Shown here: piece by piece, positions 1 to 11,200 of the stretch
Layout: the number at the start of each line of letters is the position of its first letter
Numbering within the stretch: the first letter of the stretch is position 1
Translations under genes and position numbers: made by a program
Notes under the pieces: generated by a model
Told to the model about the DNA's origin: nothing
What the model saw: the letters and a program-made list of their open reading frames with translations, nothing else
Databases searched by the model: none
Assembly (NCBI RefSeq): GCF_000142905.1
Contig: NW_013657621.1
Coordinates: 1 to 64,000, forward strand
Direction of reading: 5' to 3'
Origin: Thecamonas trahens ATCC 50062
Taxonomy: Eukaryota; Protista; Apusomonadida
DNA: 64,000 bases

Positions 1-1628
1 TCATGGGCTGGGCAAACAACAAGCCGACCACGCTCCGTCCACCGCAGCCGTGCGGCAGCCTGGGCATCACCGCCCTGGCAGTCGATGCAACGTCGTCGTT
101 CTTCGTCAAGAGCGCGCTGCGGTTCCAGCTCGCCATCAAGCTAACAGCGGAAGCAACAACGCCCTGCCCTGCTCCGCCCAGACGAATGGGACATCCGGTT
201 GCTCGACGACAGCGAGCACATGCCATCACCCCTCCACAGACTCGTTGCCAGATCGCGCACGCTCTCACCACATCCATGCCTCAGTCGGACACCAGCCATC
301 CCCTCTCCCATCGCCACACCCGAGCCACACATGCCGCGCCAGCTCCCAGCCAACGAGCACACGGCCCACACACACACGCGTGTGCTGGACATCCTCTCCA
401 GCCCGATCTACCACCTCACCCTCGCCTCGGCCTCCAATCCCCTCCTCAGCCACCCATCCAACGCCCCCAAGACCAACGCTAAAAAGCCAACCACAAACGA
501 TCCCGATCCCATGGGCCTCACCTCCCCCGAGTCGGACGACCGCAGATCCCTCGTTGGCGAGCTGGCTGCCATGAACCCCCACTGTGCACTCAACAAAGCT
601 GATGCCCGCATTCCATCGCCATCTCAACTTGCATACGACTGGCCGATCGCTCCCTCACCCTGGCCACTGGTCGGCCACGGCCGCGGTTCTCGATGCATCC
701 ACCAACTTGAGCAAGGTGCACGACCCGCCGATGGCAATCAACGCCTTGCTAGTGATGTTCTTGTCGTTTGGGCAGCCACCAACCTTGATCGCCACAAGGT
801 CGCGGCGCTTGTACGCCACCGCAGCCACAACGACGTCGGCCGTCTGATTGCTACCGCGCCAAACGCCGTAGACGCTTTTGGAGAAGGTAACGGCCGGGCT
901 CTCCGGAAGCGTCTCCAGCGCATCCTCGATCGAGTCAACAAAGCTGAGGTCAGCATAAGATTCAAAGTCCATGATGGTTGTCAGCGCAGTTGTGCATGTA
1001 CGTACGGAGGCCGTGAACGTCGGCGAGCTGTGGTTCTCGCCACATCGCAGAGAAGGAACCGAACAAGGTGAGACTCAGCAATGCAATCACCTCTATCCCA
1101 CTCACAGATCAGAGCCCACTCACAGCCGCAACACGCCGGAAGCAGCCACATCTTGCCTCAATCACCCGATCGCCATCTCCTGGCCGGAACCCATTCTGCG
1201 ACCGCTCTGCACCCTCGCCCTCCACCACATGACTACCACGCACACTCTAATACATCGAATGCGTTCATCCTATGCTGAAAATACCCGATCCCGTCTCGCT
1301 CTCGGAAGTCAAGCAGCATGAGGCTTGGTTAGTACTGTGGTGGGGGACCACACGGGAATACCGAGTAACGCATTCTATTTTCTTTTTGCCCAACTGCACA
1401 CCCTCCTTGCCTGCATGCACCCCCGCTGACCCCACCATCGCCACATCAATCATTTCTCGTTCGATTAATCATGCCTAACCCCATCAATTAACTCTCATTG
1501 AAATAATCATACCTTCTCCCCCGGCCCTTCCCCCGGCACTCGCCCGATATCCGAAAAATCGCCCAAACGCCGCCTGTCGCCCTCGCCGTCACACTCACCG
1601 CACACTCCGCACACCTCTCACTGTGCCC

Positions 1629-4600
1629 ATGGACCCCGCTCCAGGGGGCACATGTGACCCCCCGCGCCCTGCACACACACCAGTGCAGCAGGGTACTGCC
1701 AAGCGCCCTCGCCCGCTGCTCACCGCCAACGCCAGCAGGGTCAGCTCGGCCACCCCTTCCTCCGCAGTCCCCCAGAACATGCATATCGAAGCGACGTCAT
1801 CGTCACCAGCCGGGCCGTCCTCCACCAAGTCATACGATGTCTTCCTCTGCCACGGCTCCAACGACAAGGGGCTCATGCTCTCGCTCCGCGACAAGCTCGT
1901 TGCCCTCGGTCTGCGCGTCTTTCTCGACATCAAGTCGCTCGACGCCATGATTGTCCAAGATCCCGCAGACTGCGCCCGGCTTGCCCGTGACTCACACGTT
2001 GTGGTCGTCGTTGTCTCAAAGTACTCAATCGTCACACGGTGGGCCATCGCAGAGGCCAACGCAGCCCTCGCTGATCCGACTTGCAAGGTCTTTCCGGTTT
2101 TTGCCGACGCTGAGCTCTCGCTCGAGACCGTCTCGTCGCCGGCATGGCGTGACGGCCCGCGGGATGCCAGCCACCCTCTACTGGCGTACATGGCGGCGGC
2201 TTTCCCGCCGCAGATCCCGAACAACCGTCGATTCACGGATCTCTGGGAACACGATGAACTCACGCCCGAGCTCAAAGTCGCCCGCATCGGCACTCTCTAC
2301 GCCCTCCTCGAGCGCGGCCTCGCTCCGTACTCCCCGGCTCGCGACAGCGTGGTTGACATGGTCGACGATCTTGCCGACCGCATCCAGGCCATTGTTCCCA
2401 GTTCACCCCTCCGCCCCTCGCCCATGCCGCCGCCACCTAACCCATCTGAGTACTACCCGCTCCCTGACACTCGTGATGCGGTCATTAATGTCCTTCTTGG
2501 TGCGAACAACGTCTCAGTCGTCGGTGTCAACGGGCTCGGTGGCGTCGGCAAGTCGTCACTCGCTGCCGATGTCGCCATCCACCCCGCCATCACCTCGGTC
2601 TTCTCCGTCTTCTGGCTCCCTCTCGGTGAGGACAAGACATCTCCCATCGCCATTGCCAGCCGCATGTCCTACTTCCTGAAGCAAGGCCTCGGTTGCGCAA
2701 TCGATGCACAAGCTGGCCTCAATGACCTCCAACCCATTCTTGCTGCCAAGACCCGGGCCCTCGCCGCCGCCGGCACCCGCATCCTGCTCATCCTCGACGA
2801 CGCGTGGACCACCCGCCAGGCCTCCGTCTTCACCAACCACATCGCAGCCCCGCATGCCGTCCTCGTCACCTCGCGTAACGCCGCTGTTGCTACCAACTCC
2901 GCCTCCTCCATCGAGCTTGGTACCTTTGCCCCGGACGACGCTGCTGTTGTCCTTCGCAACTACCTCGCCAAGGGCTCACCTGAGTGGGCAATCACCCTTG
3001 CTCTCAACGATTCCCGCATCGTCTCCCTCGCGACCTTTTGCCGTGGCCATGCCCTCGCCCTCGCCGTCCTTGGCTCGTCCATTTCTGGCGAGGCTGCGCT
3101 TGACGCCGCTGTTGAGGACGCTGCAGATGCAACTGAGCTTGCCATGGATGAGCACCGCGATGATTGCGGCGGATCGGACGCCAAGTACGCCCACATCTTT
3201 GACATCATCACTTGGACCCTCGGCGGTGCCATCCCCGAGCGTGTTCGCAAGGTGGCGCTGGCTATTTACGCCATGCTCGCCGTCTTTCCATCAGACGCGC
3301 CCATCGACGTCGCCAACTTCCGCTCCGCGATCGACGCAAGCAATATCAAGTTTGCTTGGGCCCTCGATGCCCTCGCCAACACGTCGTTGCTGCGCGTCGT
3401 TGCCACGGATGGCGGCGCCATAACCGTAATCGAGATGCACGATCTGCACCTCGAGTACATTCGCCATCGGCTTGAGGTGTGCTTTGACGACATCCCTTCC
3501 CTTGCTGCCCGTCACCTCGCCGCTGTCGCCGGGGTGCCTCCGCCTGGCGCCACGCCAGAGTCCGCTAGGGTGGCAATGACCTCTGGCACTGCCTCCGATT
3601 GGATCGTCACCCGCGGTATTTCACACATGATTGCAGCCGGAGCGAACCTTGCTGCCGTTGCGGTTGCTCTCTCCTGGCCGTGGATGAAAGCCCGCGCAAA
3701 CGACTCGCTTGGTGGCCTCCTCCATGATCTGCGTTGTGTTGTGCGCCTCGGCCGTGAAGTAGCCAAAGACGTTGACGAGGTCGAGCGTGCGCTGTCGCTC
3801 TCACGCGAGATCATTGAGAGCGGTACGTCACACATCGAAACCGAGCTCGTTGCCCGACTTGCCTATGACAACGCGTCCAACGCCGTGAAGGACCTGGTTG
3901 CTGCTGTGCGCGAAGATGTCCCGTCTAAGGCTCTCATTCCATCGAGAGCCGTGGACCCTGTCGCGCATCGTGGCGCTGAGCGCTTTCGCTTTGATGGCTC
4001 GTCCGGCAATGTCATCAACATCGGTGGCTCGCTGGTTGCTGGTGGATGTGGGAAGAATGTGGACGTACTTGACGTGCAAACTGGTGAACGCGTGGAGGTG
4101 CTGGAGGGCCACACCAGCGATGTGAATGGTGTGATTGCGCTGCCGAGTACGGATGGCCAGCTGCCTGTCCTGGTCTCGTGGTCGGACGACGACACGATCC
4201 GGGTGTGGCATGCTGCGGACGACGGGATGGGCGCCATGCGGTACACCGCGGACAGTGCATTCTGTGAGGTGCTGGAGGGCCACACCAAGTATGTGCAGGG
4301 TGTGATTGCGCTGCCGAGTGCGGATGGCCAGCTGCCGGTCCTGGTCTCGTGGTCGGAGGACAAGACGATCCGGGTGTGGCCTGCGGACGACGGGACGGGC
4401 GCCATGCGGTACACTGCGGACACTGTCGCCTGTGAGATGCTGGAGGGCCACACCAGCAGGGTGCGGGGTGTGATTGCGCTGCCGAGTGCGGACAGCCAGC
4501 TGCCGGTCCTGGTCTCGTGGTCGTGGGACAACACGATCCGTGTGTGGCATGCTGCGGACGACGGGATGGGGATCATGCGGTACACCGCGGACAGGGCCTC

Positions 4601-6491
4601 CTGTGAGGTGCTGAAGGGTCACACCGGCAATGTGCAGGGTGTGATTGCGCTGCCGAGTGCGGATGGCCAGCTGCCTGTCCTGGTCTCGTGGTCGTGGGAC
4701 AACAACACGATTCGGGTGTGGCATCCTGCGGACAACGGGACGGGCGCCATGCGATACACCGTGGACAGTGCGTCCTGTGAGGTGCTGGAGGGCCACACCA
4801 GCGGTGTGAATGGTGTGATTGCGCTGCCGAGTGCGGATGGCCAGCTGCCTGTCCTGGTCTCGTGGTCGTTCGACGGGACGATCCGGGTGTGGCATCCTGC
4901 GGACGACGGGACGGGCGCCATGCGGTACACCGCGGACAGTGCCTCCTGTGAGGTGCTGGAGGGCGACACCGGCGATGTGCATGGTGTGATTGCGCTGCCG
5001 AGTGCGGACAGCCAGCTGCCCGTCCTGGTCTCGTGGTCGTGGGACAACACGATCCGGGTGTGGCATGCTGCGGACGACGGGACGGGCGCCATGCGGTACA
5101 CCGCGGACAGTGCATTCTGTGAGGTGCTAGAGGGCAACACCAGCGATGTGCATGGTGTGATTGCGCTGCCGAGTGCGGATGGCCAGCTGCCGGTCCTGGT
5201 TTCGTGGTCTGGCGGATTTCGGAACACAGACAACACGATCCGGGTGTGGCATCCTGCGGACGACGGGACGGGCGCCATGCGGTACACCGCGGACAGTTCC
5301 TCCTGTGAGGTGCTAGAGGGCAACACCAGCGATGTGCATGGTGTGATTGCGCTGCCGAGTGCGGATGGCCAGCTGCCTCTCCTCGTCTCGTGGTCGAGAG
5401 ACAGGACGATCCGGGTGTGGCATCCTGTGGACGACGAGATGGGCGCCATGCGGTACACCGCGGACAGTGCCTCCTGTGAGGTGCTGGAGGGCCACACCAG
5501 CTGGGTGCATGGTGTGATTGCGCTGCCGAGTGCGGATGGCCAGCTGCCTGTCCTGGTCTCGTGGTCGGAAGACAAGACGATCCGGGTGTGGCATGCTGCG
5601 GACGACGGGACGGGCGCCATGCGATACACCGTGGACAGTGTCTCCTGTGAGGTGCTGGAGGGCCATACCAGCGGTGTGCGGGGTGTGATTGCGTTGCCGA
5701 GTGCGGATGGCCAGCTGCCTGTCCTGGTCTCGTGGTCGGTCAACGGGACGATCCGGGTGTGGCATCCTGCGGACGACGGGACGGGCGCCATGCGGTACAC
5801 CGCGGACAGTGCATTCTGTGAGGTGCTAGAGGGCCACACCAGCGGTGTGCGGGGTGTGATTGCGTTGCCGAGTGCGGATGGCCAGCTGCCTGTCCTGGTC
5901 TCGTGGTCGGCCGACGGGACGATCCGGGTGTGGCATCCTGCGGACGACGGGACGGGCGCCATGCGGTACACCGCGGACAGTGCATTCTGTGAGGTGCTAG
6001 AGGGCCACACCGACGATGTGTGGGGTGTGATTGCGCTGCCGAATGCGGATGGCCAGCTGCCTGTCCTGGTCTCGTGGTCGTGGGACAACACGATCCGGGT
6101 GTGGCATGCTGCGGACGACGGGACGGGCGCCATGCGGTACACCGCGGACAGTGCATTCTGTGAGGTGCTAGAGGGCCACACCGACGATGTGGAGGGTGTG
6201 ATTGCGCTGCCGAGTGCGGATGGCCAGCTGCCGGTCCTGGTCTCCCAATCATACCCTGACGAGACGTTCGAGTGGCACCCCTCCCCCACCGGCTACGCCC
6301 TCCACGCCCGCCACCCTTCCTCCTTCTGGCTCCACGCCCGCCGCTCCACCTCCACCCACCCACGCAACAACTCCACCCGCATCATCATTGCCAACCACAC
6401 CGGCCTCTCCACCCCCCACCCCTCCGACCCCAACCGCCTCCTCGCTGTCGTCTCCAACCGCCCCCCCATCATCCTCCGCCGCCACCCATAA
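1629..6491 (+). CDS. NLR-like STAND protein: TIR + NB-ARC + WD40 repeats (~1620 aa)
   Basis: TIR motifs YDVFLCHGSNDK, LRVFLD, VVVVSKYSIVTRWAIAE and VFPVF. NB-ARC motifs: P-loop GLGGVGKS (~2532-2555), Walker B LLILDDAW, VLVTSRN, GLPL-like CRGHALAL, MHD (3435-3443). Followed by 13 GH..WD-type repeats. The ATG at 1629 was preferred over the GTG at 1623. Confidence 0.95.
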   Translation: MDPAPGGTCDPPRPAHTPVQQGTAKRPRPLLTANASRVSSATPSSAVPQNMHIEATSSSPAGPSSTKSYDVFLCHGSNDKGLMLSLRDKLVALGLRVFLDIKSLDAMIVQDPADCARLARDSHVVVVVVSKYSIVTRWAIAEANAALADPTCKVFPVFADAELSLETVSSPAWRDGPRDASHPLLAYMAAAFPPQIPNNRRFTDLWEHDELTPELKVARIGTLYALLERGLAPYSPARDSVVDMVDDLADRIQAIVPSSPLRPSPMPPPPNPSEYYPLPDTRDAVINVLLGANNVSVVGVNGLGGVGKSSLAADVAIHPAITSVFSVFWLPLGEDKTSPIAIASRMSYFLKQGLGCAIDAQAGLNDLQPILAAKTRALAAAGTRILLILDDAWTTRQASVFTNHIAAPHAVLVTSRNAAVATNSASSIELGTFAPDDAAVVLRNYLAKGSPEWAITLALNDSRIVSLATFCRGHALALAVLGSSISGEAALDAAVEDAADATELAMDEHRDDCGGSDAKYAHIFDIITWTLGGAIPERVRKVALAIYAMLAVFPSDAPIDVANFRSAIDASNIKFAWALDALANTSLLRVVATDGGAITVIEMHDLHLEYIRHRLEVCFDDIPSLAARHLAAVAGVPPPGATPESARVAMTSGTASDWIVTRGISHMIAAGANLAAVAVALSWPWMKARANDSLGGLLHDLRCVVRLGREVAKDVDEVERALSLSREIIESGTSHIETELVARLAYDNASNAVKDLVAAVREDVPSKALIPSRAVDPVAHRGAERFRFDGSSGNVINIGGSLVAGGCGKNVDVLDVQTGERVEVLEGHTSDVNGVIALPSTDGQLPVLVSWSDDDTIRVWHAADDGMGAMRYTADSAFCEVLEGHTKYVQGVIALPSADGQLPVLVSWSEDKTIRVWPADDGTGAMRYTADTVACEMLEGHTSRVRGVIALPSADSQLPVLVSWSWDNTIRVWHAADDGMGIMRYTADRASCEVLKGHTGNVQGVIALPSADGQLPVLVSWSWDNNTIRVWHPADNGTGAMRYTVDSASCEVLEGHTSGVNGVIALPSADGQLPVLVSWSFDGTIRVWHPADDGTGAMRYTADSASCEVLEGDTGDVHGVIALPSADSQLPVLVSWSWDNTIRVWHAADDGTGAMRYTADSAFCEVLEGNTSDVHGVIALPSADGQLPVLVSWSGGFRNTDNTIRVWHPADDGTGAMRYTADSSSCEVLEGNTSDVHGVIALPSADGQLPLLVSWSRDRTIRVWHPVDDEMGAMRYTADSASCEVLEGHTSWVHGVIALPSADGQLPVLVSWSEDKTIRVWHAADDGTGAMRYTVDSVSCEVLEGHTSGVRGVIALPSADGQLPVLVSWSVNGTIRVWHPADDGTGAMRYTADSAFCEVLEGHTSGVRGVIALPSADGQLPVLVSWSADGTIRVWHPADDGTGAMRYTADSAFCEVLEGHTDDVWGVIALPNADGQLPVLVSWSWDNTIRVWHAADDGTGAMRYTADSAFCEVLEGHTDDVEGVIALPSADGQLPVLVSQSYPDETFEWHPSPTGYALHARHPSSFWLHARRSTSTHPRNNSTRIIIANHTGLSTPHPSDPNRLLAVVSNRPPIILRRHP
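4095..6245 (+). repeat. Intragenic tandem array of 171-bp (57-aa) WD40 units, 12 complete plus 1 partial
   Basis: Unit EVLEGHTxxVxGVIALPSADGQLPVLVSWSxDxTIRVWHxADDGTGAMRYTADSAxC recurs; the first two units start at 4095 and 4266. DNA is near-identical outside a few codons. Confidence 0.97.
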
Positions 6492-6684
6492 CACCCCTCA
6501 CACTCCCACCGCATTTACTCCCCTGAGCACCGCGCCCGCATCCTCGCCGCTGCCAGCACATCCGCGGCCTCCTGCGCCATGGGCCTCACCAGCGGATCGA
6601 CCGACCAACGCCGCCGGATGAATCACCCGCCATCGCACTAGCAGCGTTGCTGATGAGGACCTGGCGGCCAACCTCCAGTGTTGC

Positions 6685-6960
6685 TGTCGTCAAACAGAGG
6701 AGCGTGCCAAAGGTGAACATGCCAGCCTCAAAACCTCCTCATCGGCTCCGCGCAGCTGCTCTGGTGTCATGTACGCCACCGATACCATCACCGTCATCAT
6801 CTCCTGACTGTCGTCATGGCGTTGAGCCCGTTGTTGAGGAGGACCACCCACCCGCTCTCGTGGACCACTGCCACCTCACGCGGCTTGAGCGAGCCGTTCC
6901 TGGCACCAGTGATCGCGTTGGCCTCGGAGAGGCAGAGCGCCAGCACTCGATGCCCACGCT
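6685..6960 (-). pseudogene. Decayed protein kinase fragment (subdomains VIb-IX)
   Basis: Across shifting frames: GSLKPREVAVVHESGWVVLLNNGL (~HRDLKPxN..DFGL), VAYMTPEQLRG (~YMAPE), GMFTFGTLLC (~DVFSFG). Catalytic Asp residues are lost, and stops and frameshifts are present. Confidence 0.55.
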
Positions 6961-7145
6961 CCCTGCTCACACCCCGCCACCTACAGCAAGACCTTGACCA
7001 CCACTTGGGACGCGCAAGGCAAAACAAAACACACCAGCATTGCGATTGCTCTCCCGGGCCCGCGATGCCCCTGTTACCCCCGCGATCCAAATCCGCGGCG
7101 CGTTTACCGACATCAGGCTCGCCCGCCGTGCCGTCTGCTCCCTTA

Positions 7146-7553
7146 TCATGACGCTGGTGATTCGCCCATGTCTGGGAGCACATCCGAATTGTCCACCGCC
7201 GCGTGATGCAGCCTCTTCTTGGCCCTCAGGTTGCGCTCACAGCGAGTTTTTGCCGAGTTGCCTGCCAGGTAGCCGCCAGCCAATGCACCGGCGGCAATCA
7301 ACAGCGTCCGTGCCGGCTTCGACAGCGCCGATCGGACCGCAGGCACCCGTGTCGATAGTGCTAGCAGCGGAATCGAGCCCACCGTCGCACCGAGGAGCCA
7401 AGCCCCGGTCGGCTGCGTCCCGCAGAACGCCTTGATCTCTTCTGGAGTCAGCTCTTCGTCGACCGCGTTGAATCGGCTACTACTTCCGGTCATATGGTTA
7501 TCACTGCCGCTGCTGCTGTTGGTGGTGCTGTTGTGGTTAGGATCTGTGGCCAT
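7146..7553 (-). CDS. Small protein with two hydrophobic segments (135 aa); weak resemblance to OCIA/ENOD93-type small membrane proteins
   Basis: ATG-initiated ORF with EELTPEEIKAFC, then hydrophobic segments GAWLLGATVGSIPLLAL and LLIAAGALAGGYLAG, then CE and a basic tail. Confidence 0.5.
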   Translation of the reverse strand: MATDPNHNSTTNSSSGSDNHMTGSSSRFNAVDEELTPEEIKAFCGTQPTGAWLLGATVGSIPLLALSTRVPAVRSALSKPARTLLIAAGALAGGYLAGNSAKTRCERNLRAKKRLHHAAVDNSDVLPDMGESPAS

Positions 7554-8267
7554 GTCTAGTGTTTCCTGTGCAATACGTACACGATCGTCTGTACCTCACG
7601 GGTGGCTGTCCCTGTTTTGTCCCATCGCCAACCTCGCTCGTTTCGTCACGTCATCCCATTGTTCCCCAACTGCCATCATGATGACGCTGACACACGAGTC
7701 GACTCAGATCTCCTCAGCACACTGACTCACTTCCCCTCCCCCCTCCCCCCCCCTCCCTCCTCCCCTCCACCCCCTCCCCTTACTGGGCTAGCGGGCCGAT
7801 CATGATGCTCCGACTGGGGCTGCGTGGGGGGTGCTCCCGATCGCTCGCCACCTCCAGCCACTCGCCAGCCGCCACACGTCAGCCGCCAGCCATCCGCGAC
7901 GAACTGGTCCCTCGTCGGCCGCCGGTCGCTTGCCAACTCAAGCCCAAGATCATACGCCCTGCCCCCCTCCCCCTCGCTGCAATGAGTGCTGCGTTATCAG
8001 CCAGGCTTGAGATGGCCTTGCATCGCCTGCGCTCCCGTGGGCCAGGCAGCCATCAATCCGGAGAGGCGGGCGGTGGTGGGCCGGTGGGTGATGAGGACAT
8101 GGTTGCGAATGGTGTTGGACGGAATGTGGACATGATGCTTGCGAGGAGGCGATGGCGAAAGAGCGAGATCGAAATCGTCCGAGTGATGGCTTGTGCCGCG
8201 AAAAAGACCGACGTCATCGGGTGCAAGACAGTTTAGGAAGGCTTTAATTAGCTCGTCACAGCAACGG

Positions 8268-11200
8268 CTACACAACAATGCCCAGATCCGCAAAGTCCTG
8301 CGCCCGCATCTCGCGCACCTTGGCCGCCACCGCACCATCAAGCCCACCAAGGTACGCCGTCACTGCCTGCTGCTGCCGCCCGCGATGCACCGCCTTGAAC
8401 TGCGCCTCGGTCACATAGTACGACTGCCCGTTCGGATTGAGCCGGCATTGCTTCACATGCGCATGTGCATCGTTGCCGCAGTCGGCCAGACACAGCGCAC
8501 AGAAGCCGGCGTTGCAGCTGTGGCAGCCGAGCGCTGCGCATCCCGAGTAGTCGCAAAGGCTGCGTCGCATCGCGGGCACCGCAGCGTGAGGATGTTGTTC
8601 TGGATGTGGAGCGTCGCCGCGTGCACGTCGCGATCAAAGGCATCCGCCTTGAGGGCTTCCTCCAGCTCCGCCCGCGCCCGCGCCTCCATCTCCTGCTGCA
8701 GCTTGGCTTGGAACACCTCCTGCCGCAGGTCGACAAACGCGACAAAGCTCTCGGGCGCCCACCGCGAGACGTCGTTGAGCGAGAACACCTCCGCCGGGCA
8801 CTCGGCCATCGGACACTTGATCATGCACCCGGCCGCCTTGAACTCCCCGATGGCGTCCGGCGTCAGCGAAGCCTTCACTCGATCGCCGAAGCACTTTCTG
8901 CAGAGAAAGTGCGCAGCGCTCCCGGTCGCCACCCGGCACGCCATGCCCTCGTCAGCCCGGAACCCGTCGCCACACACCACACACCGCTCGGTCGCAGGCG
9001 CCATGAGGCCGAGCGCGCCGAGGACGAGCGACCCAAACATCGCATCGTCATCCACAAGATGTGGCAGCGTCAGCAGCCCGCGCTCACATCCAGCCACCGC
9101 GCCGCCAAACACGCCCGTCACCTGCTCAAAGCCGCAGCCACCAAAGCCCGCCACACCCCACACCGCGCTCACCAGCAGCTGCACCGCCACCTCTTCCAGC
9201 GACAGCACCAGCGTCGTCCACCGCTCCTTTGCGCGCACAGCAGCATCATGGTCCGCTGCATCGCCCTCCAGCCACGACACTGCCGCCAGGAGGCCGTCGC
9301 GGTCGATGGCGGTCGGCGCAAGGACCGCAAGCTGCAGATCGTCGGGCGTGAGTAGCGCAGCATGGACCGCAAGCTCGCCCATCGCCAGCACCCGCCACAT
9401 CGCCTCGTGCAGCGCGAACAGCGCCTCTCTCCGCACGCCAATAAGCATCTCGTACGTCTCGCTCGCAGCACCGGGCGTCTCGCCCGTCCACGCGCTCGCC
9501 CAGCTCGCCCACCGCAGCGCATCCAGGTGATGCGTCGGATCGCGCGACGGCAGCCGCGGCTCGACGGCCGCGGTGTCTGGGCCGCCGGCGAGCATGGTGT
9601 AGACCACGCCCGCAAACTCCAGCGGAACGTGCACGCCCTCCACCACGCACTTACCGATGAGCAGGCCCAGGGCCCGTGCGGTGTCCACATCGTCCACCAG
9701 CAGCGTCCCGTTGGCGCCGGCCACGCAGCCAAACGCAGCCGGATCGGCCTTGATCGCCTCGCACACGCTTGCCACAGCCTCGTCGAGCGTGTCAAACCCG
9801 ATCGCTGTCACGCGTGCCTTCAGCGTCTCCTCGTCCGCCGCGCCGACGTACTGCAGTACCGCTGCCGCATCGCTCCCGTCCACAACATCCCACACCTTGG
9901 GCGCAAGCGAGCTGTCTCCGGAGCGCACCTGATGGCGTGCCGTCCGCTGCGCGTGGAGCGCATGGACCCGCGACGTTGTCCGCGCCCGCGATGCAGCGAG
10001 CGCGTCGAGCTTGGGCACCAGACTCTCGATCACTGCGCTCACCATCTCCATCGTCGGCCGTGTCGCCGGATCCACCGCCACCATGCTCGCCACCACAGGC
10101 GCAAGCAGGCTCAGCACAGGATGGCTGCCGACCGCAGCATCAAGCGCCGCAGAGATCTGCTCGGGATCGCCCAGCGGCAGTTGTGCCACGTGTGCGCCCG
10201 TCAAATGCTCGAGCAAGATGACACCCAGCGAGTACACGTCGACCGCGTACGGATGCTCGAGCTTGGACCACTCGGCCTCCCGAGACTCGGGCGGGGCGTA
10301 GTATGCCGTGCCAAACCCAAACCCGCCCACCGTCGTCATCAGCGTTGCACCCAGCGTCTGCGTCGATTCGACTGCCTTGGCGATACCAAAGTCGCCCAAG
10401 ACAACCTGCGGAACGGCCGGGTCGGCCACAAACACGTTGTCCGGCTTGACGTCGCGATGGACGACGCCGGCCGCGTGGGCGTGCGCCAGTGCAGACGACA
10501 GCTGCCGCCACACTGCCAGTAGCAGCCGGTCGCCGCCAGCAGCGATCGACACGTTCTTGTCCGCCACCCAAGTCCGCAGGTTGCCGCCCGGGTAGTACGG
10601 CATCTCGATCGAGACCGAGTCCGGGCCCTCGAACACCCGTGTCACCTTGACCACGCTTGGGTGGTCCAGCCGCGACGTCGTCGCCGCCTCGCGCCGCATC
10701 TGTTTCAGCAGCTCGTGGTTGGCCGCCTTGGCCACACCCGTCCGCATCGTCTTGACCACAACCTCGGTGCCTGTCGGACCGTGGATTGCCCGGTACACGT
10801 GCATGTCGCCCTGGACGCCGGTCTTCTTCAGAGTTCCGCCTGCGACCGGCGCGTAGTCGTCGGCAGTGGCTCCGGCAGACAGCTCCGGCGCCGAAGGACC
10901 CGCCATCGATGACGCCATCCGCGCGAGGTACGACGGGAGGTGCGCGCGCGCCTCGACATCGGGGAAGTACTCCATTGCTGCCGTCGATTCAAACAGCGAG
11001 CTCACGTCGACCGCCTGATCCTGCACCGCCGCAAGCTGGGCTTCTAGCTCAGCTTTCCTGGCCTCCAGCTTGGCCAACTCGGCCGGGCTGTCGCGTCCAC
11101 GCCGCCGGGCCTTGCGCTTGACCCCACGGATGGCCAACCCATTCTGATCAAGCTCAGTGTCCAGGACGTACATGGTTTCCTTGAGCTCTGGTAACGTCTG

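Noticed and set aside
1-1500. Coding gene(s) at the window start, such as ORF 655..972 (-)
   Set aside because: Some coding-like composition but no recognisable motif or consistent gene model; left uncalled.
4095-6245. CRISPR array or diversity-generating retroelement
   Set aside because: The repeats are in-frame WD40 coding units without unique spacers. Variation is not adenine-specific, and no cas gene, reverse transcriptase or template repeat is present in the window.
3828-6363. Long antisense ORFs (412, 556, 240 aa and others)
   Set aside because: Shadows of the GC-rich WD40 repeat with no independent motifs.
7802-8236. 144-aa plus-strand ORF
   Set aside because: Low complexity, no motifs, and no other support.
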